From IMG/VR virus record IMGVR_UViG_3300050010_000596: a DNA stretch of 64,000 nt; one strand, given 5' to 3'. The stretch's first letter is position 1, and each line of letters opens with the position of its first letter. The DNA comes from an uncultured virus (IMG/VR IMGVR_UViG_3300050010_000596) (Duplodnaviria > Heunggongvirae > Uroviricota > Caudoviricetes). Positions 19,908 through 28,738 of the stretch are shown one piece after another. Below the pieces are notes generated by a model. That model did not search any database and had not been told where the DNA came from. It worked only from the letters and a program-made list of their open reading frames with translations. The translations under genes and the position numbers were made by a program.

Positions 19908-21677
19908 TCAGTCAGAGGCCTGCGTCCGTGCGTCGTTGTAGTTGGCGGAGGGCCGATGTGGCTTAGCTCCGCGTTCGATCTTGTTGTAATCCTCCTTCTT
20001 CACGATCTTCCTCGCCGTGGTATCGATAGTGTAACGGCCGTTCGTGTCTCGCACGACAGCCAACTGACCCACCAACCGGGCAATCGCCTCGGGTTGCGCG
20101 GCCGAGCGCCGATGCTTGCCGCAATCCACGGCGAACAGCGAATCATCGGTCTTGTTACCATACTGGAAGCAAAAGTCCAGGTTCTCAGCAAAGCCCTTGC
20201 CTTCGGCACTGTCGGTGATCTTGGGGATTATGCCAGGGGCCAATGCGTTGGACTCGCTGGAGAGCTGGTGCAAGATCCACACCGGACAACGGAAGGCCAA
20301 CGCCACGCGGTTCTTCAGGTGCAACGGCACGCTCTTCACTAAGAATCGCAATTCGTCTTTCTTCTTCAGCCCGTGCTGGGTGATGTAAGAATCCGCCATC
20401 GCCAGCAAGTAGTCGATGTACACCGAACCGGTGGCTACCAGCTCGCCCCGCCCTTGCAGGAAGAGCTGATTCTGGCGAATGATGGCCACAATCTCATCGA
20501 CCAACCCAGCGCCCCGACCCGGATTAAGCGGATCGTTGCCGGTCATGTCGATAGGCCGCCAATTGCGGTTGAGGGCGATCTCCGCCCGTTTCTTGCGATA
20601 CTTCTCCGGGTACACCACAGGGAACGCAACGTAGCCAAGGGTTCGCTTACGGCACTCCGGGCAGCGTTGCTCTTCGGCGTGCAAGACAGTCTCCGTGTAA
20701 CCGCAACGACTACACAGCATCTTGTACTTCGACTTTTCCGGCCAGACAGTGGCGTGCTGGGCCAATCGGGCCTTAAACAGTTCCCGCTCGTACGGCTTGA
20801 GAGTCTCGCGGTTATAGCTGAGATTGTCCCAGTCGTTGGTCTCCAGCACACCTCGGTCGATCTCACCCACACAGGACAAGGCCCGCACCCGCATTTCGGC
20901 CATGGAGCCTTCGTAGTAGAAGTAGTACACCAACGGCATCGGCCCCTTCCGTCCGCCCAGGTCCCACTCGCGGTAGAGTACCTCGGCACGATACGTCGAA
21001 AGTTGAATGCCGGTAGAGGTCTTGGCTGAACCGTAAGGGCCCATCAGACCGTTCACCTCGCCCGGCGAGTCACCGCCATTGAGGAAGGTATTGAGGAACG
21101 CCAGGCCGGTGTCCCACTTCTCCACCGGGGCCGCTTGTTCATCCCACTTGGCCGGGAACGGTGCTTCCACCCCGGTCCCGGAAATCGCCTGGATACTGGT
21201 AGCCCGCTCTACCAGCTCACGGGCTACGTTGAAGATGTCGGAAGGATTCCGGCCGCTCAGATGGAAGATGTTGCGGGCTTGGTCGGCCAGCCGGTCTTCC
21301 ATATACATCCGCAGAAACTTCGCAGCCAGTTTGGCGCTAAGCACTTTGGTTTGGGTGGCATAAGCGATCCGCACGAAGCGATCCATCTCACGCAACTCGG
21401 CGTCGTCTAAAGCGTCGGTCACGTCGCGAATGCGGCGGTCCAGCTCGGTAGCCAGCTCGTCTTCGCGGGGCAAACGTCCCATCTCACTATAGTGAGCCAG
21501 CACCGCTGCCCAGACCATGGCATAGCCCTGATCCCCTTTGCCAAAGTGCTCAGGTTGCAATTGCTCCTTCGCCATCAGAAACGACGTCTTCTTGCGGACC
21601 AGGATGGTGAACAGAATCTGTTTCTGTGCGTCCGTGATTGGCAGGCGGCGACTTATCCGTTGGTCATCCTTCGCCAT
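19908..21677 (-). CDS. dnaB: DnaB-like replicative helicase with inserted Zn ribbon
   Basis: GPYGSAKT, YIDYL, ILHQLS, KHR; next to primase. Confidence 0.85.
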   Translation of the reverse strand: MAKDDQRISRRLPITDAQKQILFTILVRKKTSFLMAKEQLQPEHFGKGDQGYAMVWAAVLAHYSEMGRLPREDELATELDRRIRDVTDALDDAELREMDRFVRIAYATQTKVLSAKLAAKFLRMYMEDRLADQARNIFHLSGRNPSDIFNVARELVERATSIQAISGTGVEAPFPAKWDEQAAPVEKWDTGLAFLNTFLNGGDSPGEVNGLMGPYGSAKTSTGIQLSTYRAEVLYREWDLGGRKGPMPLVYYFYYEGSMAEMRVRALSCVGEIDRGVLETNDWDNLSYNRETLKPYERELFKARLAQHATVWPEKSKYKMLCSRCGYTETVLHAEEQRCPECRKRTLGYVAFPVVYPEKYRKKRAEIALNRNWRPIDMTGNDPLNPGRGAGLVDEIVAIIRQNQLFLQGRGELVATGSVYIDYLLAMADSYITQHGLKKKDELRFLVKSVPLHLKNRVALAFRCPVWILHQLSSESNALAPGIIPKITDSAEGKGFAENLDFCFQYGNKTDDSLFAVDCGKHRRSAAQPEAIARLVGQLAVVRDTNGRYTIDTTARKIVKKEDYNKIERGAKPHRPSANYNDARTQASD

Positions 21678-22383
21678 GGTTTCTTCCTTTCCTTTTCTCC
21701 AGCCCGCTCTGTTTGGCGGCAAGCCGCCCGTAGAGCTTCTTGGCTTGTCTCTTAAAATCAGTGGGAATCAACGTGCCCCATGCTTTGTCGTAAGCGCGCC
21801 TGTCGCGTACGTACTGTACGGCGGCAGCTACCCGATACCTTCGGGCAATGTTCGGTAGTCCCTCTTGCAATGCCACGCAATAGCGGAACAGCGCCGAAAG
21901 AGGAATTGAACCATCGAGTAAGACACTCGACCGTATAGCAGAAAGCGGAAACTCCGCTCCGACCACGGCCGCTGTGTCCTGAAACACGTACACCGCGTGA
22001 ACCAGTGCATTGCGCTGCCCGCACAGTGCGACCGCAATCGCCGCTGCCGAAACCTTGGCCACGCTGCGGTAGTCCCGCAAGGCCTTCTCGGTGTACAGCT
22101 GGTTCGGTTTGATAATGAAGTTGCCGGTATGAACCTTGAACTGATACCGCACAAATTGAACTGGGTCCACCGCGTGCTTCAATACAAATTTGGCAATCTT
22201 GGTCCATATATCGGGCCGCCTGCCTGCCCGCTGCGTTGACCCCCCATTCCAATGATCGGAGGGTACATAGTGGCTCTCGCGGCCAGTCAGGCTCTGGTGA
22301 TACTGCCTTCGCTCCGCCACGTAGGTGTCGCGGATTACCGTAGCTGTAGCGCACACAGTGTTGCTCTCTTCGCTGCGTGGCAT
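21664..22383 (-). CDS. hypothetical protein between the two helicases
   Basis: About 240-aa ORF. Confidence 0.65.
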   Translation of the reverse strand: MPRSEESNTVCATATVIRDTYVAERRQYHQSLTGRESHYVPSDHWNGGSTQRAGRRPDIWTKIAKFVLKHAVDPVQFVRYQFKVHTGNFIIKPNQLYTEKALRDYRSVAKVSAAAIAVALCGQRNALVHAVYVFQDTAAVVGAEFPLSAIRSSVLLDGSIPLSALFRYCVALQEGLPNIARRYRVAAAVQYVRDRRAYDKAWGTLIPTDFKRQAKKLYGRLAAKQSGLEKRKGRNHGEG

Positions 22384-22410
22384 CGGCCGTCGTTCGCCCA
22401 TAATGTGGCC

Positions 22411-23931
22411 TTAGAACAGTCGCTGCTGTGTGTAGCCGTCCCGCAGCTTGCTGTAGCGTTCCGGCATGTTGACTTCCCATTGGTTTTCCTTATAGCACGC
22501 CTTCCGGTGCGATGCTTTACGTCGGTATCCCGCATCGAACTGATCGAGACAATCGATCACCCGTCCGTATTCCTTATCGGTGCGGTCGGGCAGACGCGAG
22601 GTCCGCCCTGGGATCTGTGAGTCGGAAATGCGACTGTCCGAGGCATCGCCCCGGATCAAGACCGCTAGGTCGCGAAAGTTGACGCCCCGGTTCCACACCG
22701 GCGTGGCAATCACCTTCTTCAGCTTGCCCGTCTCGAAGCGTTCCTTCAGCGCCCGCCGCCGATCGCGCGTCATATACGGCTCGTTGGTAGGCAACAGGTT
22801 CCAGTTGATGTATCCCTCAATAGACGCACGGTCGGTGGCCTCGCTGTAAGCCAACGTGAAGTGCGGCAGGAGCTTCTTGAGAAAGGCGGCATGCTCCAGC
22901 GTCTTGACCGTGATCAAGGTCTGCTCTTTCCGGCCCAGCGATTCGGCCGCCTCGGCAAGGATCTCGTTGCGGACCTTGTTGCGCCAGATGCCCCAGCGCT
23001 CCTTGGCTGTGTCCACACAGCCATCGGCCGGATTCTCGTCCATGATCACATCCAGCATGTCCACCATGATGGGCACGATGCAGCCGTACTCGACGGCTTC
23101 GGGGTACGAGATCTCGACCAGCGGCGGCCCAAAGGCCCCTTCCAGCTCGAAGTGGGCCCCGTCCGGCCGCTTGGGTGTGGCACTGAACATGAAGCGGCGG
23201 GCATTGCGATAGCGAGCAATGCGTTCGATGTAGTCCGCCGTGCCCCACTCATGCCCCTCGTCCACGATCAGCACATCGGCCTTGCCATCACTGTGGTGCA
23301 GGCTCTTACCCGAGTACAGATTGATCCGTCCGTCCCCTTGCCGCTTGTGCCCGGAGGAATCGATGCCGACCCCTGGAATGCACATCTTGAGATCCCAGTA
23401 GATCTGGTCGAGCACATCCAGCGAGTGTGTGGAAACGTCGATTCGCAGGTGGGGAAATAGCTGACAGAAGCAGCGGATCAGCAGCCCCTTGCCGTAACCT
23501 GTGGGGCACACCAACTGGCCGCCATAGCGAGACGTGGCCATCTTCTCCAGGCACTCCCGCTGGCGGTAACGGAACTGCACCGCAGGTCGTAATCGTTGCC
23601 ATTGTGGCTCGGGCAGGGACTTGGTGCGGGTATCCTTCAACAGCACCTTATAGCCGTCCGCCTTAAAGGCCTTGGCTACACGGGGAAAGTACCCCGCAGG
23701 AAAGACAATCTTCGGCGGAAAGACCTCGTCCGGGTCCGTGATGTGCTTGTAGCAATAGACCGGAGTCACCAGCACATGCCGCCCGCCGTGCATCTTCGAC
23801 TCCATCCCGCGAATGTGCTTGATGAAGTCGTAAGTCAGTTCTGCCTCGATCCGTTGGGTCGCGACAGGTGTCGGTTGCTCCAGCGCTACCAGAGCACCGC
23901 TCTTCTGGAAGCGGACTTTCTTCACACGCAT
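22411..23931 (-). CDS. SF2 helicase (UvsW-like)
   Basis: PTGYGKG, DEGH, SATP, RGVN, QIPGRTSR. Confidence 0.88.
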   Translation of the reverse strand: MRVKKVRFQKSGALVALEQPTPVATQRIEAELTYDFIKHIRGMESKMHGGRHVLVTPVYCYKHITDPDEVFPPKIVFPAGYFPRVAKAFKADGYKVLLKDTRTKSLPEPQWQRLRPAVQFRYRQRECLEKMATSRYGGQLVCPTGYGKGLLIRCFCQLFPHLRIDVSTHSLDVLDQIYWDLKMCIPGVGIDSSGHKRQGDGRINLYSGKSLHHSDGKADVLIVDEGHEWGTADYIERIARYRNARRFMFSATPKRPDGAHFELEGAFGPPLVEISYPEAVEYGCIVPIMVDMLDVIMDENPADGCVDTAKERWGIWRNKVRNEILAEAAESLGRKEQTLITVKTLEHAAFLKKLLPHFTLAYSEATDRASIEGYINWNLLPTNEPYMTRDRRRALKERFETGKLKKVIATPVWNRGVNFRDLAVLIRGDASDSRISDSQIPGRTSRLPDRTDKEYGRVIDCLDQFDAGYRRKASHRKACYKENQWEVNMPERYSKLRDGYTQQRLF

Positions 23932-23934
23932 TTG

Positions 23935-24040
23935 CCACCTTTCGACTTGCCATGAGTGCAAAAGGTGGTACAATGCCAGGAACTGGCACGCAACACCTTT
24001 TGCCACTTCGAGCCGCTCGGACCCCTATCCGGGCGGCTCG
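23935..24040 (-). promoter_or_regulatory. structured intergenic RNA with alternative pairing over the helicase RBS
   Basis: Arm 23958-68 is complementary to both 23994-24003 and the RBS at 23935-42; hairpins at 23974-88 and 24009-40. Confidence 0.55.
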
Positions 24041-24576
24041 CTCTTTATCAGAACTACATCACTGTTCTCCGTAATCGTTAGCTGCTCTCGTAGTGTTCTT
24101 CGTGGTCCGCAGGGTTGGACCGACAACACCGTGAAGTAGCCATATTCGTTAGGCCGAGCAGGCGAGATGCCGTAGTATTTCCCGACGATGGTCATCAGCC
24201 GCTGGAAGTTCTCGTCGCTGATGGTAGACGGAACGATACAGGTCAGGCCAATACAGTCGCCAGGGAAGAAAGCTTCATGCTTGCTAAACCGTTCTCCCTC
24301 GTAGAACCTCCTGTAAAACTCTTCGGGCACCGGGCGAGGTAGGCCATCTACTTCCAGAGAGAATTTGACCGACCGCACGTCGTCCTGAAAATGACAGAGC
24401 ACCTCGGCGGCCTTGATGAGGACTGCGGTCCACCAAGTGGCCAGGAAGATTACTCTGCCTTCGGGACTACGGGGGAGCAAGAAGAAGTATCGCTTCTTGC
24501 CCTTCTCCCAATGGAACTTCTTTACGTTGCCCAAGCAGTGCTTGGTAAATTGTATCCGTACGGCTAGCTCGCGCAT
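24025..24576 (-). CDS. solo Cas7/Csm3-like RAMP-superfamily protein
   Basis: VRIQFTKHCLG (beta1), PRSPEGRVIF, HEAFFPGD, C-terminal Gly-loop GKYYGISPARPNEYGYFTV. Confidence 0.6.
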   Translation of the reverse strand: MRELAVRIQFTKHCLGNVKKFHWEKGKKRYFFLLPRSPEGRVIFLATWWTAVLIKAAEVLCHFQDDVRSVKFSLEVDGLPRPVPEEFYRRFYEGERFSKHEAFFPGDCIGLTCIVPSTISDENFQRLMTIVGKYYGISPARPNEYGYFTVLSVQPCGPRRTLREQLTITENSDVVLIKSEPPG

Positions 24577-24594
24577 CCTTGCACCTCCCACACA

Positions 24595-24626
24595 GCCGGG
24601 AAGGGTAGATTACCAGCTTTCCCGGC
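24595..24626. other. hairpin between Nop-like and RAMP genes
   Basis: GCCGGGAA...GGTA-GAT-TACC...TTCCCGGC. Confidence 0.55.
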
Positions 24627-24637
24627 CGGAGTCAAAT

Positions 24638-25645
24638 CTACATTTCGGGCACGTCGCCGGAGCAGCACCGATTGCGGTGCTCCCGCCAGGCCTGGGTCAC
24701 AGCGCTGTCGCGGAAGAAGTGCTCGGGAACGAATAAATCGGGGTGACCATCGCTAATGGCACTGGTCCAGACCTCACCCAGAAACCGCAGAAAAACGTGG
24801 CAGGCCCGCAACAACCCCACCGCCAGCTGCTCCGAACCCAGGGCAATCCGCCAGAGGAAATTACAAGGGGCGTCCACACCACCTTGTAGTGCCGTCTCCC
24901 GATCCATACCGGCCCAGGTATCCAGCACGATCCGCACCTTGGCCGTCTTGGCGACCAACGCAGTCGGCATATCGTCGGCCCGGTCCTCAATCACCGCCTG
25001 GATCAGCTGGCGAGGGGATGCGGGTCCCCTGGCTGGCCCCAGTCCCAGATGTGACTTGAGCCGGGCAGATCGGTCCGGGTTCTCTGGGTCGATATACCAA
25101 CGCGGGTCTAGTAGCAATGCTAGCAGCAGTGCCGACCGGGTCTTGTTCAGCGTCGGCAGGAAAGACAGCGCCGTCCATGCCGGATGCGCCTGGAGGAATT
25201 TGTCGGCAACGCCGGTGCAACGCCCGCGTGCGACGTAAATGGCGTGGGCCAAAGCGTAGCTCACGTAGTCGTGCCGCGAGAGGTTGTGCCAACCCCCCTG
25301 CGACGGCCGCAAGTGGTCCAGCGAGACCATGCGGTTGAAGATCGTTGTAATCGGCGGGCGCGACTCCGCCTCCAACTCACACAGCCATGGGCTGCCGACC
25401 TGGATCTTCGTAGGCGTGCCTTGTAGATGTCGCGCGCGGTACAAGGCTTCAATGAGTGGCGCGTTCTCCGCCGTCCCAAGCAGCTGGACAACGGGGGCCG
25501 CGTGGACCCATTCTTGGCTGACGAAGGAGGTCGGGGTCATTGGGTAGGCGGTGTACTGGCCTCGGCGAGAGAACCAGATCCAGGTGAAACCATCCGCGCT
25601 TTGCTCCTGGTGTAGCCGCAACTCGGTTGTCTCCGTCGTCAACAT
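24638..25645 (-). CDS. IS110/Nop-domain-like protein, catalytically degenerate
   Basis: HPAWTALSFLPTL...SALLLALLLDPRWY...RLKSHLGLGP matches the IS110/Tas RNA-binding consensus; no DEDD acidic set or Ser wedge. Confidence 0.6.
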   Translation of the reverse strand: MLTTETTELRLHQEQSADGFTWIWFSRRGQYTAYPMTPTSFVSQEWVHAAPVVQLLGTAENAPLIEALYRARHLQGTPTKIQVGSPWLCELEAESRPPITTIFNRMVSLDHLRPSQGGWHNLSRHDYVSYALAHAIYVARGRCTGVADKFLQAHPAWTALSFLPTLNKTRSALLLALLLDPRWYIDPENPDRSARLKSHLGLGPARGPASPRQLIQAVIEDRADDMPTALVAKTAKVRIVLDTWAGMDRETALQGGVDAPCNFLWRIALGSEQLAVGLLRACHVFLRFLGEVWTSAISDGHPDLFVPEHFFRDSAVTQAWREHRNRCCSGDVPEM

Positions 25646-26181
25646 GGAAGAGGCTCCAGGGTGTCCGTCAGCTGCCGCCATGTCCGTTTGTGGCGAATAT
25701 CGAAGATTGTCGCAGGGTGTAGGCCAAACCTTGCAGCAATCACTACGGCAGGCGTTGTTGGCAACAATCACCAAATGACCCGCACATCTGCCTCAGTCAG
25801 TTTACTCATGTGACACTTTTCGTCATAGAGCATTGTTCCGTGTTCGCGACGATCAGCCTGGTTTTCCGCAGGGGTGCCATAGCGAAGATTCCGCAGGCGG
25901 CAGTTGGTTCGTGTAGGGTCAGGATAATGTCGCGACTGCTCTCCAGCAGGACACGGACCGCGAAAGGCAAGCAGCACCAAGCAGTGTACTAGCATTTGTT
26001 TACGGTGCTGTCGTCCTCCTTCAGCGTAGTACAGTGTTACGAACAAGTAGCCTCGCTTATTGGTGGTAGGCCGCAATCGTCGCCACTCGGCATTCTTGTG
26101 ACGACGGTTGCCCCACACCGAGCCGTCGTCTCCGATACGATAATTCGGAAATCCCGAGATTGGTTTGTAGCGAACACGCAT
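25639..26181 (-). CDS. NUMOD4-HNH homing endonuclease with C-terminal HTH, in-frame TGA at 25768-70
   Basis: YKPISGFPNYRIGDDG, VHCLVLLAF, RH..N.RLRNLRYGT..EN; KLTEADV..*..IAARFGL...IFDIR..RTW. Confidence 0.85.
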
Positions 26182-26213
26182 GACAATCCTCCTCCGGGAT
26201 CTCCGGGCTAAGG

Positions 26214-28340
26214 TTAGGGTTTCTCCAATTCGATTATCTGATCGAATGCTCGTTTCAAGATGTCGTCGTGAGTTATAACAATGATCTGATGCCCCCTATT
26301 CTTGGCAATGTCGCCAACACGGACTAGCACGTCCACCGCCAGCTTGCGGTTTGCCGCGTCGAGGCCGTCCGTGGGTTCATCCAGAATCATTATCCCTGGG
26401 TTCACGTTCAGTCGATACGCCAGGGCCAACATCATCTTCTGGCCGCCCGATAATCCCGCCGCAGGCATGCTCGTGCCGTTGCGGAAATTGGCCACCAGAT
26501 TCAGCCCTTCCTCGGCCATAATACGGAACGGCGAGCGGAAGTCCTTGAGGTCCGCGTTGATGGCGTCTTCCATCTCCTCCAACTTGGCCTGATGTACCTT
26601 GGCAGGCAGGTTGTCGCGGTGGAGGATTTCGCGGGCCCGGTCGTTGAGCTTGACCCATTTATGGGCACGGCGGCTTCGGCCCATAGTGGTCTTCAGCTTG
26701 GACAGGCCCGCCCTGGCCTGCTTGACCGTCTCCCGGAAGTTCCGGTAGTGGGCCCGATGCCGCTCCACCGCCAGCTCCACGTCGCGGTTGGCGTCGAGCT
26801 TGGTGGTGACCTCTTCGGCCTCCTTCGCAGTGATATGCAGCGTGGCCAAGGTCTGCTCGGCCGTCTCCAGCTGAGTCTTCTTGGCCTTGTGATCGGCAAT
26901 CCGCCGCTCCTTGGCCCGCAGAGCGGTCTTCGCCTGCGGCTCCAACACATCCAGCTGCTCCTCCAACTCTGTTACCTGGGCCTCCAGCTTGGCGGCCGCC
27001 GCAGCTTCGTCCTTCTCCTTGGCGGTGAATAGCCGGACATCTTTAAGTGGCAACAGATCCTTTTGGATCTGCTCGATACGGACCGCGTCCAAGCCCTTCT
27101 TCCGATCCTGGTTCAACTTGTCGCAATCGTACGCTCGCAGATCGCGCAGCAGTTTGTTGCCATCCTTGACCTGCTGCTCCAGGCTCGGTAGGGCGTTCCG
27201 CGCGGCCTGTATTCGCTTGACCAGTTTGTCGGTCCGCTCGCCGCACAAGGGACAGGTCGTCGTTACGCCTTCGGTGTCTTCGAGCAGCTGCTCACACCGG
27301 TTCTTCTCCGAGGTCGAATCGGCGACCGCTTGCAGCAGCTCGTCAACCGTGTCTTCGCAGGGCTTAACGAGCTTGGGCCACTTCTTCCCCTGCAAATCCT
27401 TCAGCTCCTCCTCCAACTGCGTCCTACGGCGAAGGTTCTTGCGACGTTCTTCGTAGGTGGCGATAGCGGCCTGATATTCTTTCAGGTCTTGCTGGGCGGC
27501 CTTCAACTCTGCCTTGCGCGTCGTCAGCTTCTCCTCGGCCGCGTCGGCGGCCTTCTTCGCCGAGACCGCCAGGGTCTTCAACTCGGCCTCCTCCTTGGTG
27601 TACGTAGCGATGTGCTCCTGCAACTGCTTGGCCTGCTCGTAGTCGCCGAGGATACGCTCGAAGGCTTCCTTCTCGGTAGGTGTCAGCAGCTTCTTGCGGG
27701 CGTGCCGCAACCGCTTCTTGGCAATCTCCACCCGCTTGCGATACTTGACCAGCTCTTTCCGCAAGTCGTCGCTGTTGTCCACCACCTGGGCAGCCAACGT
27801 ACGGTCCGGGGTCAACATGTCCCCGATCAGGTTCCAGCAAACCTCGGCATGGTCCGTGCCGCAGAGCCGGGCAAAGGACTTGGTCCGCTCAGCCATGCGA
27901 GGCGAAATGAAGGCGGCCATCTCTCCTTGCCCGATGAAGACGTACTCGTCGAGCAGCGCCCGGCTGATGCCCAGCGTCTCTTCCAAGGCCGTCTGGATCG
28001 ATCCGGCCGAGGTTTTGGGCCGCTCGCCAGGGATCTCCAGGCGATGGCTATCGGGCCGCAGGTTGCGAGTAATATCGGCCGTCAGCGAGTCCTGTTGGAT
28101 CTTCAGCCGCACGTACGACGGCTCCTCCGGTTCTGCTTGCTGGCAGATGCAACCGGCCTTACCCTTGGGGTGGCGGGAGTAGTCGTTAGTCAGGGCCGCA
28201 TAGGCCCCCACGTTGACCGCATTGGACTTGCCCGCCCCGTTGGGGCCATAGATCCCAATTAGGCCCGGCCGAAACACAGCGAAAAACTCTCTGAACTGAC
28301 AAAAGTTTTTAAGCTCCAATTCCATTAAGCCGAATTGCAT
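26214..28340 (-). CDS. sbcC: SbcC/Rad50-like ATPase (gp46-like)
   Basis: GPNGAGKS, coiled coils, CPLCG hook, LSGGQ, ILDEPT, ITHD. Confidence 0.92.
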   Translation of the reverse strand: MQFGLMELELKNFCQFREFFAVFRPGLIGIYGPNGAGKSNAVNVGAYAALTNDYSRHPKGKAGCICQQAEPEEPSYVRLKIQQDSLTADITRNLRPDSHRLEIPGERPKTSAGSIQTALEETLGISRALLDEYVFIGQGEMAAFISPRMAERTKSFARLCGTDHAEVCWNLIGDMLTPDRTLAAQVVDNSDDLRKELVKYRKRVEIAKKRLRHARKKLLTPTEKEAFERILGDYEQAKQLQEHIATYTKEEAELKTLAVSAKKAADAAEEKLTTRKAELKAAQQDLKEYQAAIATYEERRKNLRRRTQLEEELKDLQGKKWPKLVKPCEDTVDELLQAVADSTSEKNRCEQLLEDTEGVTTTCPLCGERTDKLVKRIQAARNALPSLEQQVKDGNKLLRDLRAYDCDKLNQDRKKGLDAVRIEQIQKDLLPLKDVRLFTAKEKDEAAAAAKLEAQVTELEEQLDVLEPQAKTALRAKERRIADHKAKKTQLETAEQTLATLHITAKEAEEVTTKLDANRDVELAVERHRAHYRNFRETVKQARAGLSKLKTTMGRSRRAHKWVKLNDRAREILHRDNLPAKVHQAKLEEMEDAINADLKDFRSPFRIMAEEGLNLVANFRNGTSMPAAGLSGGQKMMLALAYRLNVNPGIMILDEPTDGLDAANRKLAVDVLVRVGDIAKNRGHQIIVITHDDILKRAFDQIIELEKP

Positions 28341-28738
28341 GGCTCCTCCTTCTTCTTGGATCTTCGCAACAATGCTCGTATGGGCGACGGCCCGCCCGAA
28401 GAGAGACAGATCGCGCTCACCTCGACAAGCGGGACCTTGCACACCTGCTCTGCCCACCGCAACTGGAAGGTGGTGTCGTCCACCCGCCGCCGCCGCGCGT
28501 CCTGATCCCCGCCATCGATCCACGTCAGGTGCTTGCCAGTCGTTCGCCCCCAGTCGTTCTCGTGTACGACACGCGAATAACCGTTGGCATGAAAGGCGAC
28601 GATGGTGCGATAACTGAACCAGACCGTGACCCCGCCCATCGAAACGCGCAAGGTATGGGCCCCGTAGTTGTCGCCAGAGTAGCGCCCGTAGCTACTGATC
28701 CTCGGCAGTAGCTCCGCCGTCCACAACGCGCTTGACAT
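28325..28738 (-). CDS. hypothetical phage protein
   Basis: WFSYRTIVAF...NDWGRTTGKHL..ID. Confidence 0.7.
   Translation of the reverse strand: MSSALWTAELLPRISSYGRYSGDNYGAHTLRVSMGGVTVWFSYRTIVAFHANGYSRVVHENDWGRTTGKHLTWIDGGDQDARRRRVDDTTFQLRWAEQVCKVPLVEVSAICLSSGGPSPIRALLRRSKKKEEPCNSA

Noticed and set aside
15270..21677. Inteins or group I introns in polymerase or helicase
   Set aside because: No intein splice motifs or LAGLIDADG blocks; reading frames continuous
24638..25645. Active IS110 insertion sequence
   Set aside because: No DEDD tetrad or catalytic Ser, no room for a bridge-RNA non-coding end; gene is tightly embedded in the operon
23930..26210. CRISPR, TIGR (CCA-N9-TG) or GGY-NN guide array next to the RAMP/Nop genes
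   Set aside because: Only recurring TGCCA/AAAGGTG words explained by hairpins; no regular repeat-spacer periodicity
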